Virus record (IMG/VR): IMGVR_UViG_3300030107_001678
Location: 1 to 62,449 of that record
DNA from: a virus
Lineage: Duplodnaviria; Caudoviricetes
Length of the DNA: 62,449 nt
Strand: one strand, 5' to 3'
The number at the start of each line of letters is the position of its first letter. The first letter of the stretch is position 1. Shown in pieces: positions 9,629 to 18,003 of the stretch. A program made the position numbers and the translations under genes. The notes under the pieces were generated by a model. That model saw only the letters and a program-made list of their open reading frames with translations. It searched no databases and had not been told where the DNA came from.

Positions 9629-10537
9629 TTAAGCACCAGCATTACCATACCAGCCACGCCAATCTGAAACACCAAAAGAATATCTTTCACGTGCTTTAAA
9701 TCTTAAGTTGCCAGTATCGAAGTCTGGTTCCATTTTAGTTTGTAAAGGTGTTCTTGTAAACATCTTAGTACCATTAGGTACATCAGTTTTAATGAACCAA
9801 GCATTGGTATCAGTAAAACGTCTATTTACGAAGAAGCCATCTGGAAATACTCCCAAGTGTCTTACAGCGTTGATGTCATTATTAGCACTACCAGGTGTAC
9901 CTGGAGTATTTAATAATTGATCTGCTGTAAATAGTAAATCAACAGGAACATGTAAAGATACTGCAGAAGCACCAATTAAGATACCTCTATCATCTTTTGT
10001 TTTCTGTATTTGAATTACTGCACTTTCTAAAGTACCTTCAGCTATTGCTGCAGCAGTTGCTCTATTGTCTTGAGTTCCATCAGCAATAGTTGGGTGAGAA
10101 GCACTAAAGAATGCTACACCATCACCAATAGCAGAAGCTCCAGCAGTAAAGCCATTATTAAAGACTTTAGCAGCTTTTACTTGCTTGGTGTTTGCCATTG
10201 CTCTTGCAAGACCTTTTGCACGTAACTTAGCGAAAGTATCGTAGAGGTTATCCTCCATAGCTTCCTCTGTTACTGCAAAAGCTAGAGCTACTGTTTCGTT
10301 ATCATAACGAGCTGTATATGATTCTTGTGCGTCATCATAACTTACAGCAGCACCTTCTGTTTTATCTGGAGCAGTACCAAAACCTGTAAATAGAACTTCT
10401 TCCTCGAATGCTCGATCAGAATTTTCTATTTCAAATAATGGTTTGTGCTCATCATTAACTTCGCCATACTCTGTTCCAAAGACTGCGTTCAATCCAGGAA
10501 GGAGTTCTTTGGCGATACTTGATCTATTTATAGCCAT
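9629..10537 (-). CDS. Major capsid protein
   Basis: 302 aa; KELLPGLNAVFG, FAVTEEAMEDNLY, DFDTGNLRFKARERYSFG..DWRG; follows scaffold. Confidence 0.85.
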   Translation of the reverse strand: MAINRSSIAKELLPGLNAVFGTEYGEVNDEHKPLFEIENSDRAFEEEVLFTGFGTAPDKTEGAAVSYDDAQESYTARYDNETVALAFAVTEEAMEDNLYDTFAKLRAKGLARAMANTKQVKAAKVFNNGFTAGASAIGDGVAFFSASHPTIADGTQDNRATAAAIAEGTLESAVIQIQKTKDDRGILIGASAVSLHVPVDLLFTADQLLNTPGTPGSANNDINAVRHLGVFPDGFFVNRRFTDTNAWFIKTDVPNGTKMFTRTPLQTKMEPDFDTGNLRFKARERYSFGVSDWRGWYGNAGA

Positions 10538-10551
10538 TTTCTATTTCCTTT

Positions 10552-11166
10552 CTATGCTGAAGATGCAGTCGCTGTAACGTAGCGATCTCTATGCATGTTT
10601 AGCCATACTTCCACAATAGGATAAGCATCTGAATCAGCTTCTCCATCATCTTGCTTCTTACCTATGACTCTTAGTTGTTGTTCAGATTCTGCTCCACTCG
10701 CTGCTAACATATAGTAGCTTGACTGACCAGTTGTGGTATCACCAGAACTTGCAGTTGAACTTACAGTTACATTATAGTTTTTAACAACCATTAGTTCGTT
10801 TGCAGACAAAGACAGACTACATTGGATGTAATATGTCTGATTTGGATCAGTTATGATAAAGAACTTAACATCTGAATATCCATTCGCAGAGGTTCCTGTA
10901 CCCCAATACCTACTAAACTTTTGCTCTCCATTATACACATATGAGCAGCCAGCAAAAATCCCAGAGGGTTTTAGCGTACCAGCCACATGTGGTTGAATAG
11001 TAGCAAGATTAGCACCAGGTAAAACTACAGGATCGCCAGTAAAAATATTATTATTACAAGCACCACCTGAAGTAGGTGAGAAAATCTGCGTAAAGGAACC
11101 AGTATTATAAGCTCCATCTTTTTTGCGAGCAGGAACAAAACCACGAAATGCCTTAGTTGTTGACAT
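10552..11166 (-). CDS. Capsid decoration/cement protein
   Basis: IFTGDPV, GIFAGCSY, DPNQTY motifs; immediately upstream of capsid gene. Confidence 0.55.
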   Translation of the reverse strand: MSTTKAFRGFVPARKKDGAYNTGSFTQIFSPTSGGACNNNIFTGDPVVLPGANLATIQPHVAGTLKPSGIFAGCSYVYNGEQKFSRYWGTGTSANGYSDVKFFIITDPNQTYYIQCSLSLSANELMVVKNYNVTVSSTASSGDTTTGQSSYYMLAASGAESEQQLRVIGKKQDDGEADSDAYPIVEVWLNMHRDRYVTATASSA

Positions 11167-11189
11167 GTTTTGTCTCCTTTTCTAAAGGA

Positions 11190-11681
11190 CTATTCCTGAA
11201 ATCTAGGTGTTCGCCCTTTTATTGTTTGTGTTTTACTTGTATTAGAAATAGGCATTCTAGAATTATTACCTCTCATTAGTTGTGAATTAACTGCATCCAT
11301 TAACTGATCAGATTTTTTTCTATAGTGCTCACTTCTAGCTTTGTAGATTCTAGTAGGAATTTTTCCTAACGCAATATCTCCACGACAGATTGCTCCAGCA
11401 TATCTACCTTCATCCCTAACGACAGATGTTGCTCCAAGTTCAGGAACTTCGTCTTTTGAAACAAACTCCCATCCTTCTTGCAATTTCTTACCTATATATT
11501 TATAATCTTCTTGACCTTTAAGAGTTATTCTTAACCATCCAAGAGTCATACCTTCGTTGGCGAAACGAGTTGTAATTGCTTCAGGAATATGAAGAGCATC
11601 TTGCTCCTCAAAAGTATATTCATTTGTTTCTCTATCTAAGTTCTCACGAGCTTCAGAACTACGTGTATTTGTTCGTGTCAT
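11190..11681 (-). CDS. Conserved head-module hypothetical protein
   Basis: WLR..EGWEFV motif; probable start MTRTN at 11681 with GGAGG RBS. Confidence 0.6.
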   Translation of the reverse strand: MTRTNTRSSEARENLDRETNEYTFEEQDALHIPEAITTRFANEGMTLGWLRITLKGQEDYKYIGKKLQEGWEFVSKDEVPELGATSVVRDEGRYAGAICRGDIALGKIPTRIYKARSEHYRKKSDQLMDAVNSQLMRGNNSRMPISNTSKTQTIKGRTPRFQE

Positions 11682-11685
11682 AACT

Positions 11686-12663
11686 TTATCCTCCACGCTG
11701 CATATTAATTGTAGTATACTCACCTTCAGCTTTATCAGCTTTCAGTTTTTCTTCTGCATACTTTTCAAGTGGTACATTCCATTTATTAGCTAAACGAATA
11801 TCTTCTTTAGATAGTTTAACTTTTTTATTGGAACCTGGAGAGCTGCGAGATGCTCCAGCTACTACTTGAGCAGGAGGTGACGTTTTCTCCTGCTGACGAA
11901 CTTCCTCGTTGGTTGTTGAAAACTTATGAGGAAATGTTCTTTTTATCCTATTATCTACTTCCTGATAAAATTCAGGATCTGTAGGACTAAATCCTTCTTC
12001 TTTTAATTCTGCATCTATTGCTAGTGCAGCAGCAGTCATTACTCTATCATTACCAAACCACTCATTTTGAGATGCCCAGTCTTGAGCTTTAGGATCAGGT
12101 GTAGGTTGAGGTTGATATTGTGGTTGTTGTTGTCCTATACCTTGTTGGTTTTCTTGTGGCTGCTGTTGTTGAAACTGTTGTTTTGTTATTTGTACTGCTT
12201 TTAAATCAGTTTGAGCATCATTAAGCATTTCTTGAGCTTGTAAAACTTTTTGAGAATCACCTTCTTCGTGAGCAGTTTTATATGCATTACGTGCTAACTC
12301 TAATTTATCAGTTAATTGTTTTTCAGAAGCATCTAAGTTTACTCCTCTAGCACTTGTAAATTGTTGATGAACTTGATTTAGTTGTTGTGATAATTGTTCA
12401 TTTTGTCGTATAACTTGAGCAAGTTGTTCATCACGTTCTTTACGTTGTTTAACTAACTGACGTATTCTTTTTTGTGCTCCTTTAGTTTGAACACCTTCAA
12501 GCTCTGGAGGTGTTTCTTCTGTAGGAGATTCTGCTACTACTTCTTCTTTTGGAGGTGGAGCTTCTTCTTTTTGTTCTCCTTCTACCTCATATTCTACTTT
12601 TTCTTCTGTTGTTTCTTCTGGAACAACTTCATTCCATTCTTCTTTTTTTTCGTCTTCAGACAT
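11686..12663 (-). CDS. Capsid scaffolding protein
   Basis: Acidic N-terminus, coiled coil, PDPKA..W..NEWFG, C-terminal VKLS..LEKYA. Confidence 0.65.
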   Translation of the reverse strand: MSEDEKKEEWNEVVPEETTEEKVEYEVEGEQKEEAPPPKEEVVAESPTEETPPELEGVQTKGAQKRIRQLVKQRKERDEQLAQVIRQNEQLSQQLNQVHQQFTSARGVNLDASEKQLTDKLELARNAYKTAHEEGDSQKVLQAQEMLNDAQTDLKAVQITKQQFQQQQPQENQQGIGQQQPQYQPQPTPDPKAQDWASQNEWFGNDRVMTAAALAIDAELKEEGFSPTDPEFYQEVDNRIKRTFPHKFSTTNEEVRQQEKTSPPAQVVAGASRSSPGSNKKVKLSKEDIRLANKWNVPLEKYAEEKLKADKAEGEYTTINMQRGG

Positions 12664-12714
12664 AGTTCTTCCTTTCGTTGTTTACGAGACATACGACTTA
12701 CGTATATACCTTAT

Positions 12715-12743
12715 ATTATACTACAAAAAAACAGTTTGTGCAA
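12715..12743 (-). promoter_or_regulatory. Sigma70-like promoter for scaffold/capsid genes
   Basis: TTGCAC-17 nt-TATAAT on the minus strand. Confidence 0.6.
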
Positions 12744-12746
12744 GTC

Positions 12747-13172
12747 TTATGCACTACCTGCATGTAAATTAAAGGTTGGATCTAGATCTTTTGGATGTTC
12801 CACACGCATAATAATTTGATCATCAAATAATAATATAAGACGAATACCCTTATATTTTATCTTTTGACCTGAGTGTTTTCCATAACAAACATAATCACCT
12901 TTTTTACACCATTCACCTTTAGGAAATTTATCTTTATCTTGATAAGCTAAATCTCCTAGAGCTACCACACGACCTACTGTAGTAAGATAGGACATGTCTT
13001 CCTTTGTTGAATCAGGTAATAGTATACCACCTTTTGTCTTTTCTTTAATTGAGACAGGTCTTACGAGTACATGAAAACCTGGAAGTTCAGGTAGAATATT
13101 TGGATCACTTTTTTCTTCTTCTGAAATCCACATATCATTCTTAATAGTCTTAGCTAATGATACCTGTTGCAT
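12747..13172 (-). CDS. groES: Co-chaperonin GroES (Cpn10) homolog
   Basis: VLVRP..EKTKGGILLPD..GRVVALG..GDYV mobile-loop signature. Confidence 0.85.
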   Translation of the reverse strand: MQQVSLAKTIKNDMWISEEEKSDPNILPELPGFHVLVRPVSIKEKTKGGILLPDSTKEDMSYLTTVGRVVALGDLAYQDKDKFPKGEWCKKGDYVCYGKHSGQKIKYKGIRLILLFDDQIIMRVEHPKDLDPTFNLHAGSA

Positions 13173-13369
13173 TAGTCTTCCTCTTCATCTGAATAGATAC
13201 GTTTTTTAACAATATCTGTTAGTTTATTTCTGGACCATTCAATTCCATAAATGTGTCCAACCATTTGTCTGTAATGAGGAAAATCATCTGATTGTCCATC
13301 ACAAACACCAGTTCTTAATTTATTGAGTTCGTTATTAAATTCTTTAACGACCTCATCCCATATTTCCAT
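13172..13369 (-). CDS. Conserved hypothetical protein
   Basis: YRQMVGHIYG motif; coupled to groES. Confidence 0.55.
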   Translation of the reverse strand: MEIWDEVVKEFNNELNKLRTGVCDGQSDDFPHYRQMVGHIYGIEWSRNKLTDIVKKRIYSDEEED

Positions 13370-13373
13370 TTAA

Positions 13374-13448
13374 TTAGATTTCTGCACAAGCGTAGCAGTT
13401 AATTTCTAATCCAACAGATACTTCTCTTAGTATAGGTTTAGTCCACAT
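13374..13448 (-). CDS. pqqA: Pyrroloquinoline quinone precursor peptide PqqA (24 aa)
   Basis: Not in ORF track: MWTKPILREVSVGLEINCYACAEI has WxxP and GLE-xxx-Y, the cross-linked Glu/Tyr pair of PqqA. TAATG-coupled to the upstream gene. Confidence 0.85.
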   Translation of the reverse strand: MWTKPILREVSVGLEINCYACAEI

Positions 13449-13654
13449 TATCTTTTTCCTTTAGTTGGTGAAGGATACTTCCAAGAAGAATCTTCACGTT
13501 GATTTAACACACCTTGTTTAGGTTTACTTCCAAAGTCAGCTTGTGACATTTTAGTAGAATCTCCATACAATCCACCATCTTTATTAGGTACATGCATAGG
13601 TTTACCATCAGTAATACCTTTATCAACAGGATATGCTTTATTCCCTATTGGCAT
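13448..13654 (-). CDS. Hypothetical protein
   Basis: AGGAG RBS; in operon. Confidence 0.5.
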   Translation of the reverse strand: MPIGNKAYPVDKGITDGKPMHVPNKDGGLYGDSTKMSQADFGSKPKQGVLNQREDSSWKYPSPTKGKR

Positions 13655-16196
13655 TTGTTTCTCCTTTTGTTTCTTCTTTTATTAGATCTGTCATAACATC
13701 CATAAGTTTAAAACTTCGTTGTCTATCATCTAGATCTTCCATTAATGAAACTTTCTCTAGAGCATTCATACGAATTTTTTCTAGATCAATTTCAGCTTTC
13801 TGGTCAGCAATAGCTGTTTTAGTTAGATTATCAAGAGCTTTCATAGTTTCTTTACTTGCTCTATCAAGATCAGCTTTTTCCTTTTTCAGTATTGAATCTT
13901 GACCAGCTTTACCAGATTCCACCATTAATTTAGCTTCCTCTAATTCCAATTTCTGTGCATCTAATGCAGAGTCTGCAGAATACTTAGCAGCAGTTTGTTG
14001 TAGTTTTTGTTTTTCTAATTCGACTTTAGCTTGTTCTAAAGCTACCATTTGTTGTTCAGGTGATTGTACTTGACCTGCTGCCATATTTGCATTTAATACT
14101 TGTTGAGCTGCACTTGCCATAGCTGCTTCTGCAACTTTAGGATCTTTTTGTTGTTCAGGTGGCATTTGTTCCATTGCCATTCTTGCCATACCATTCATTT
14201 GTTCTTGGTATTTCATTACAGAATGTTCTTGTATATTTGCTTCTAGTATTGGTTTTAACCTAGCCATTATAGGATTAGCACCATTCTGTGGATCTTGTAA
14301 GTATGCCATTTTTGTTTGTATATGAGCATCATGGTTTTGTCCTGCAAATGCTGCAATAGGTATACCTTTTGTTGCAGCCATTATATCAGATACAGGGTCC
14401 ATTTGTTGTGGTTCTTTTTTAGGTGGTAACACTTCTTCTAAATTAGGCATATTAGCAGAATTTAATATTGTTCTATTTAATGCTTCAAGATTAAACATAC
14501 CAGGAGGTGATTGTTGTGCCATTTGTAATGCCATTTGTGCAATCATCATTCTATGGGCATTTGATGGAATGTTAGGATCTGAGACAGGGATAACATCCAC
14601 TCTTCCATCAAAGTCTTGTTTAAGAATGTTTTTTTCAGCAAAAGGAACTTCATATGGATATTCTGAAGGTAAGTAATCATAATTGATTCTTGCAAGTATT
14701 TTAAATTCATCTCTTTGAGATTTGTGTAATCTCTTATGGATAGCAGAGAAGAACTTACTTGATGCTTCTAGTAATGCCATAGTCGTTCCAACAGGTCCAT
14801 AAGATGCAGCATCAGAAACTATTTGTTCTGTACTATCTGCAAACTTTTGTCCTGCTGCAGTTACAAAGCCAAGCATTTGAAAAAGAGTTGAGGAAGGTTC
14901 TTTATAGGGGAGAGAGATAATCGCCTTGTTCAAATCTTGTCCTGTTGCTTCAACTTCTTTAAACTCACCTGGACTTATTGGTTCATTATCACCAACAATC
15001 CTTACGCCTTTTGCTTTAAATCCTCCTGGTAAGTTTGCGAATTGACCTGCATCCACTAAACTTCTCATAGCTGCTGTAGCAGTCATAGTTAAGTTTCCTA
15101 AAAAGTGCATGAGACCAAATCCATAGAAACCAAATCCTGGAACGAATCTATAATGTACAAAGTGCGAGACTTTTTCTTGGTTCGTATCGTTCTTCTTATA
15201 GTTTCTACGAATACTTAAAATTTGTTGTGATTGCTCTTCAACTGTAACAATATAAGGAAGAGCATAGTCTTCTTCTATTTCTAAATAACAATGCTGTTCA
15301 AGTAATGTATATTGAGGATCATTATTTTCTGTAGGTGATAATCCTAATATAGTATCCATTTTAGAAGAGAATGATGTAGGTTGTGGGTTTGTTGCATCTG
15401 GTAATTCTACATCATTATATATTCCTGATCGTATATCTTTAGCAAGATCAACAGGACTTCTATATATAACATGTGTATATCTATCTGCTTTTTTTAGATT
15501 AGATGCATAGTAAGACACATAGAATTGATCAATAGGAACAAATTCAGATACTGGTCTTTTTAATGTTGCATCATAATAAACTTTTTTAAATGCTGATCCT
15601 ATTAAGGGAAGGTGAAACAACATTCTTTCAAACTCATCAAAATATTCAGGCATCTGTTCTGTTGTTTGATAGTTCATAAACTCTTGTACACGATTAGCTT
15701 GATCTTCTCTTTCAGGAGTAGACTTACCTAATATATGTGCTTTAACTGGACCTGATGGTGGAAATAATTCTTGTATAGCTTTTGATTGAAACTTAACAGC
15801 AGATTCTATTAACATAGGATGTACTGCTGTACATGCACCCTCAAATGGTTCTGATGAATCTTGTATCTTTAATCCTAATAAATCAAATCCTCTTTCAAAC
15901 ATGGACTCCCATTCTTGACGAGAATCTCTATCTGATGTAAAACAATCAATAACTTCATTTGCTATATTAGCTAATTGTTCTTCTTCTAATGTATCAACTA
16001 AATTACCATACCATTCTTGTATAGATTCTTCAGCTCCCATTTCTGGTGATGTACCTTCAAGATCAACAATAACACCACCATCTGTATCCATTTCAAATGT
16101 TGGTTGTCCTATTGGTGCTTCTTCTGGTGTAGGTAAATTCACTATGTTTGATACTTCTTCTGGTATAGTATCAAATGGATTTCTTTCTGTTGCCAT
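13638..16196 (-). CDS. Portal protein with long C-terminal coiled coil
   Basis: 852 aa; SRQEWE..GFDLLG, HPMLIES, GSAFKKVYYD, PGFGFYGFG; Q/A-rich tail. Confidence 0.85.
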   Translation of the reverse strand: MATERNPFDTIPEEVSNIVNLPTPEEAPIGQPTFEMDTDGGVIVDLEGTSPEMGAEESIQEWYGNLVDTLEEEQLANIANEVIDCFTSDRDSRQEWESMFERGFDLLGLKIQDSSEPFEGACTAVHPMLIESAVKFQSKAIQELFPPSGPVKAHILGKSTPEREDQANRVQEFMNYQTTEQMPEYFDEFERMLFHLPLIGSAFKKVYYDATLKRPVSEFVPIDQFYVSYYASNLKKADRYTHVIYRSPVDLAKDIRSGIYNDVELPDATNPQPTSFSSKMDTILGLSPTENNDPQYTLLEQHCYLEIEEDYALPYIVTVEEQSQQILSIRRNYKKNDTNQEKVSHFVHYRFVPGFGFYGFGLMHFLGNLTMTATAAMRSLVDAGQFANLPGGFKAKGVRIVGDNEPISPGEFKEVEATGQDLNKAIISLPYKEPSSTLFQMLGFVTAAGQKFADSTEQIVSDAASYGPVGTTMALLEASSKFFSAIHKRLHKSQRDEFKILARINYDYLPSEYPYEVPFAEKNILKQDFDGRVDVIPVSDPNIPSNAHRMMIAQMALQMAQQSPPGMFNLEALNRTILNSANMPNLEEVLPPKKEPQQMDPVSDIMAATKGIPIAAFAGQNHDAHIQTKMAYLQDPQNGANPIMARLKPILEANIQEHSVMKYQEQMNGMARMAMEQMPPEQQKDPKVAEAAMASAAQQVLNANMAAGQVQSPEQQMVALEQAKVELEKQKLQQTAAKYSADSALDAQKLELEEAKLMVESGKAGQDSILKKEKADLDRASKETMKALDNLTKTAIADQKAEIDLEKIRMNALEKVSLMEDLDDRQRSFKLMDVMTDLIKEETKGETNANRE

Positions 16197-17119
16197 TATA
16201 TAAACCTCGCTTCTCTCTTATATGGATCACGCATGATCATACCCCCTTTATATTTTTCGTGTAGATATTTTAACATATCACTTCCACCTTTAGTATCTAA
16301 AAACATTCCTATATTTGTATTACCTGCTTCTCTAATTGTAAAACCATCATATCCATGTCTTTTTAATATAGGATGTAAATCTTCATTTTCTACATAACTT
16401 CCTGATCCTTTACCAAACCATTTATTTTTTCTAAAAGATTCTATAAATTGTTTTGGATTTAATTGATCTACAGCATCATCAACATTATAAGAATTAAATA
16501 ATCTATTTGATCTCATTAACCATTCTTTAAAATTATTATCTTTCATAAGTTCATTAAATTGTTTATCATTTGTAGGATCAAATATCTTAGCATTCTCTTT
16601 AATTCGTAATGGATATACTCGTGAACCTTGGTCTTTTCCTTCCATTAGTGTATGTCGTGTTACATGAAAATTTGCTTCTTCAGGATTTCTTGTTACAAAT
16701 AAAACATTATCTGGAGTTTTAAATATATCTTCATCATATTTTTTAGCTGTGCCATGATATACTTTTAATTCTTTTCCTTGAGGAATAGTTGGATAGTCAT
16801 CTGTATCTAAATCTCTTAATAAGTCTTTTTCTTTTTTAGGAATAACACGATTTATAAGATTACTTGTTCCTTGTTTTATATACTTAGATCCTGGAACCCA
16901 TATACCTAATAAACCTGTTAATGCTTGTGGTATACCCCATAAGTTTCCTTGCATAGTTTGTTGTACACCTTGTTGATATTCTTTTATATCATGGGCTGGA
17001 GATATAATATCTGCTGCTAATAATCCCATGTTCTGTAAATCTTCACGAGTTATAGGTTTTGTAGGTACTACTTCATTTGGACCTATACCATACTTTAAAG
17101 AACGTAATCCATTAGCCAT
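16196..17119 (-). CDS. Tagged cassette protein 3: ADP-ribosyltransferase-like payload
   Basis: VYHGT...LFVTRNPEEANFH...GSRVYPLRI...GYDGF, resembling ART-PolyVal domains. Confidence 0.65.
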   Translation of the reverse strand: MANGLRSLKYGIGPNEVVPTKPITREDLQNMGLLAADIISPAHDIKEYQQGVQQTMQGNLWGIPQALTGLLGIWVPGSKYIKQGTSNLINRVIPKKEKDLLRDLDTDDYPTIPQGKELKVYHGTAKKYDEDIFKTPDNVLFVTRNPEEANFHVTRHTLMEGKDQGSRVYPLRIKENAKIFDPTNDKQFNELMKDNNFKEWLMRSNRLFNSYNVDDAVDQLNPKQFIESFRKNKWFGKGSGSYVENEDLHPILKRHGYDGFTIREAGNTNIGMFLDTKGGSDMLKYLHEKYKGGMIMRDPYKREARFI

Positions 17120-18003
17120 TATATAGCCCTTTGTGCGTTATAATTTTTATTAGGATCTCTCATTACTCTACCACCTATAGCTTTATCTATATTAATATCT
17201 GGATTAGGTATAAAACCTTTTTTAGAATAACTTCCTTTATCTTTAGGAAACATTTTAGCTTCATCTGTTAATCCTAATTTTCTCCAAAAATTAATAGCAT
17301 TTTTTTGTATATCTGTAATTTCTAATCCTTTTGGATTTTCTGATAAATAAGATAATGCTTTTACAATTTTTTTTCCTAAACCTGATTTTCTTGCTTCAGG
17401 AACTATTTCAATATTTACTAAACCTTTAATCGTATCTTCTTTTCCTTGTATTAAAGATACAGTACCTACTGGTTTTTCTTTATTTGGTAAAAAAATATTA
17501 TATTTATGTCTTGCATCTATTGCTTTTATACCACCAGCTCTATCAACACCCATATCTATTAAAGCAAATGCATTATCTCGATCATATATATTTTTTTGAT
17601 CAAGTCCATAAAAATGCTCTTTATTTATTATAGGTTTCTTAGTAACTGCTTTAGCAGCTAACTTAGCTAATTGACTTGCACCTATTACTGCTGCTCCTAG
17701 AGGTGCACCAGCTCCTGTACCCATCATTATAGCACCTGTACCTGTACCAATATCTCCTGCAGTACTAATACCTTTTAATAATGCATCCATGTATCTTTTA
17801 TTTATTAGATCCTGATAGATAGTAGGTTCTATACTTGATAGTCCAGTTTCTCTTGCTATATCAGAACCTGGAAGCATTTGTGCTGAAAGTAATCCTATGT
17901 TCTTCAAATCCTGTTCTGTAAGATTTGAAGTTGTTTGATCACCTATACCATATTTAAGTGAACGTAAACCATCAGCCATTATATAAACCTTTGTGTATTA
18001 TAA
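17081..18003. repeat. Imperfect direct repeat at cassette gene junctions (17081-17143 / 17941-18003)
   Basis: 53/63 nt identical by manual alignment; core GCCATTATATAAACCT also at about 16192-16207. Confidence 0.8.
17119..17979 (-). CDS. Tagged cassette protein 2: GNAT acetyltransferase payload
   Basis: IEIVPEARKSGLGKKIV (acetyl-CoA motif A) and AINFWRKLG (motif B). Confidence 0.7.
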   Translation of the reverse strand: MADGLRSLKYGIGDQTTSNLTEQDLKNIGLLSAQMLPGSDIARETGLSSIEPTIYQDLINKRYMDALLKGISTAGDIGTGTGAIMMGTGAGAPLGAAVIGASQLAKLAAKAVTKKPIINKEHFYGLDQKNIYDRDNAFALIDMGVDRAGGIKAIDARHKYNIFLPNKEKPVGTVSLIQGKEDTIKGLVNIEIVPEARKSGLGKKIVKALSYLSENPKGLEITDIQKNAINFWRKLGLTDEAKMFPKDKGSYSKKGFIPNPDINIDKAIGGRVMRDPNKNYNAQRAI

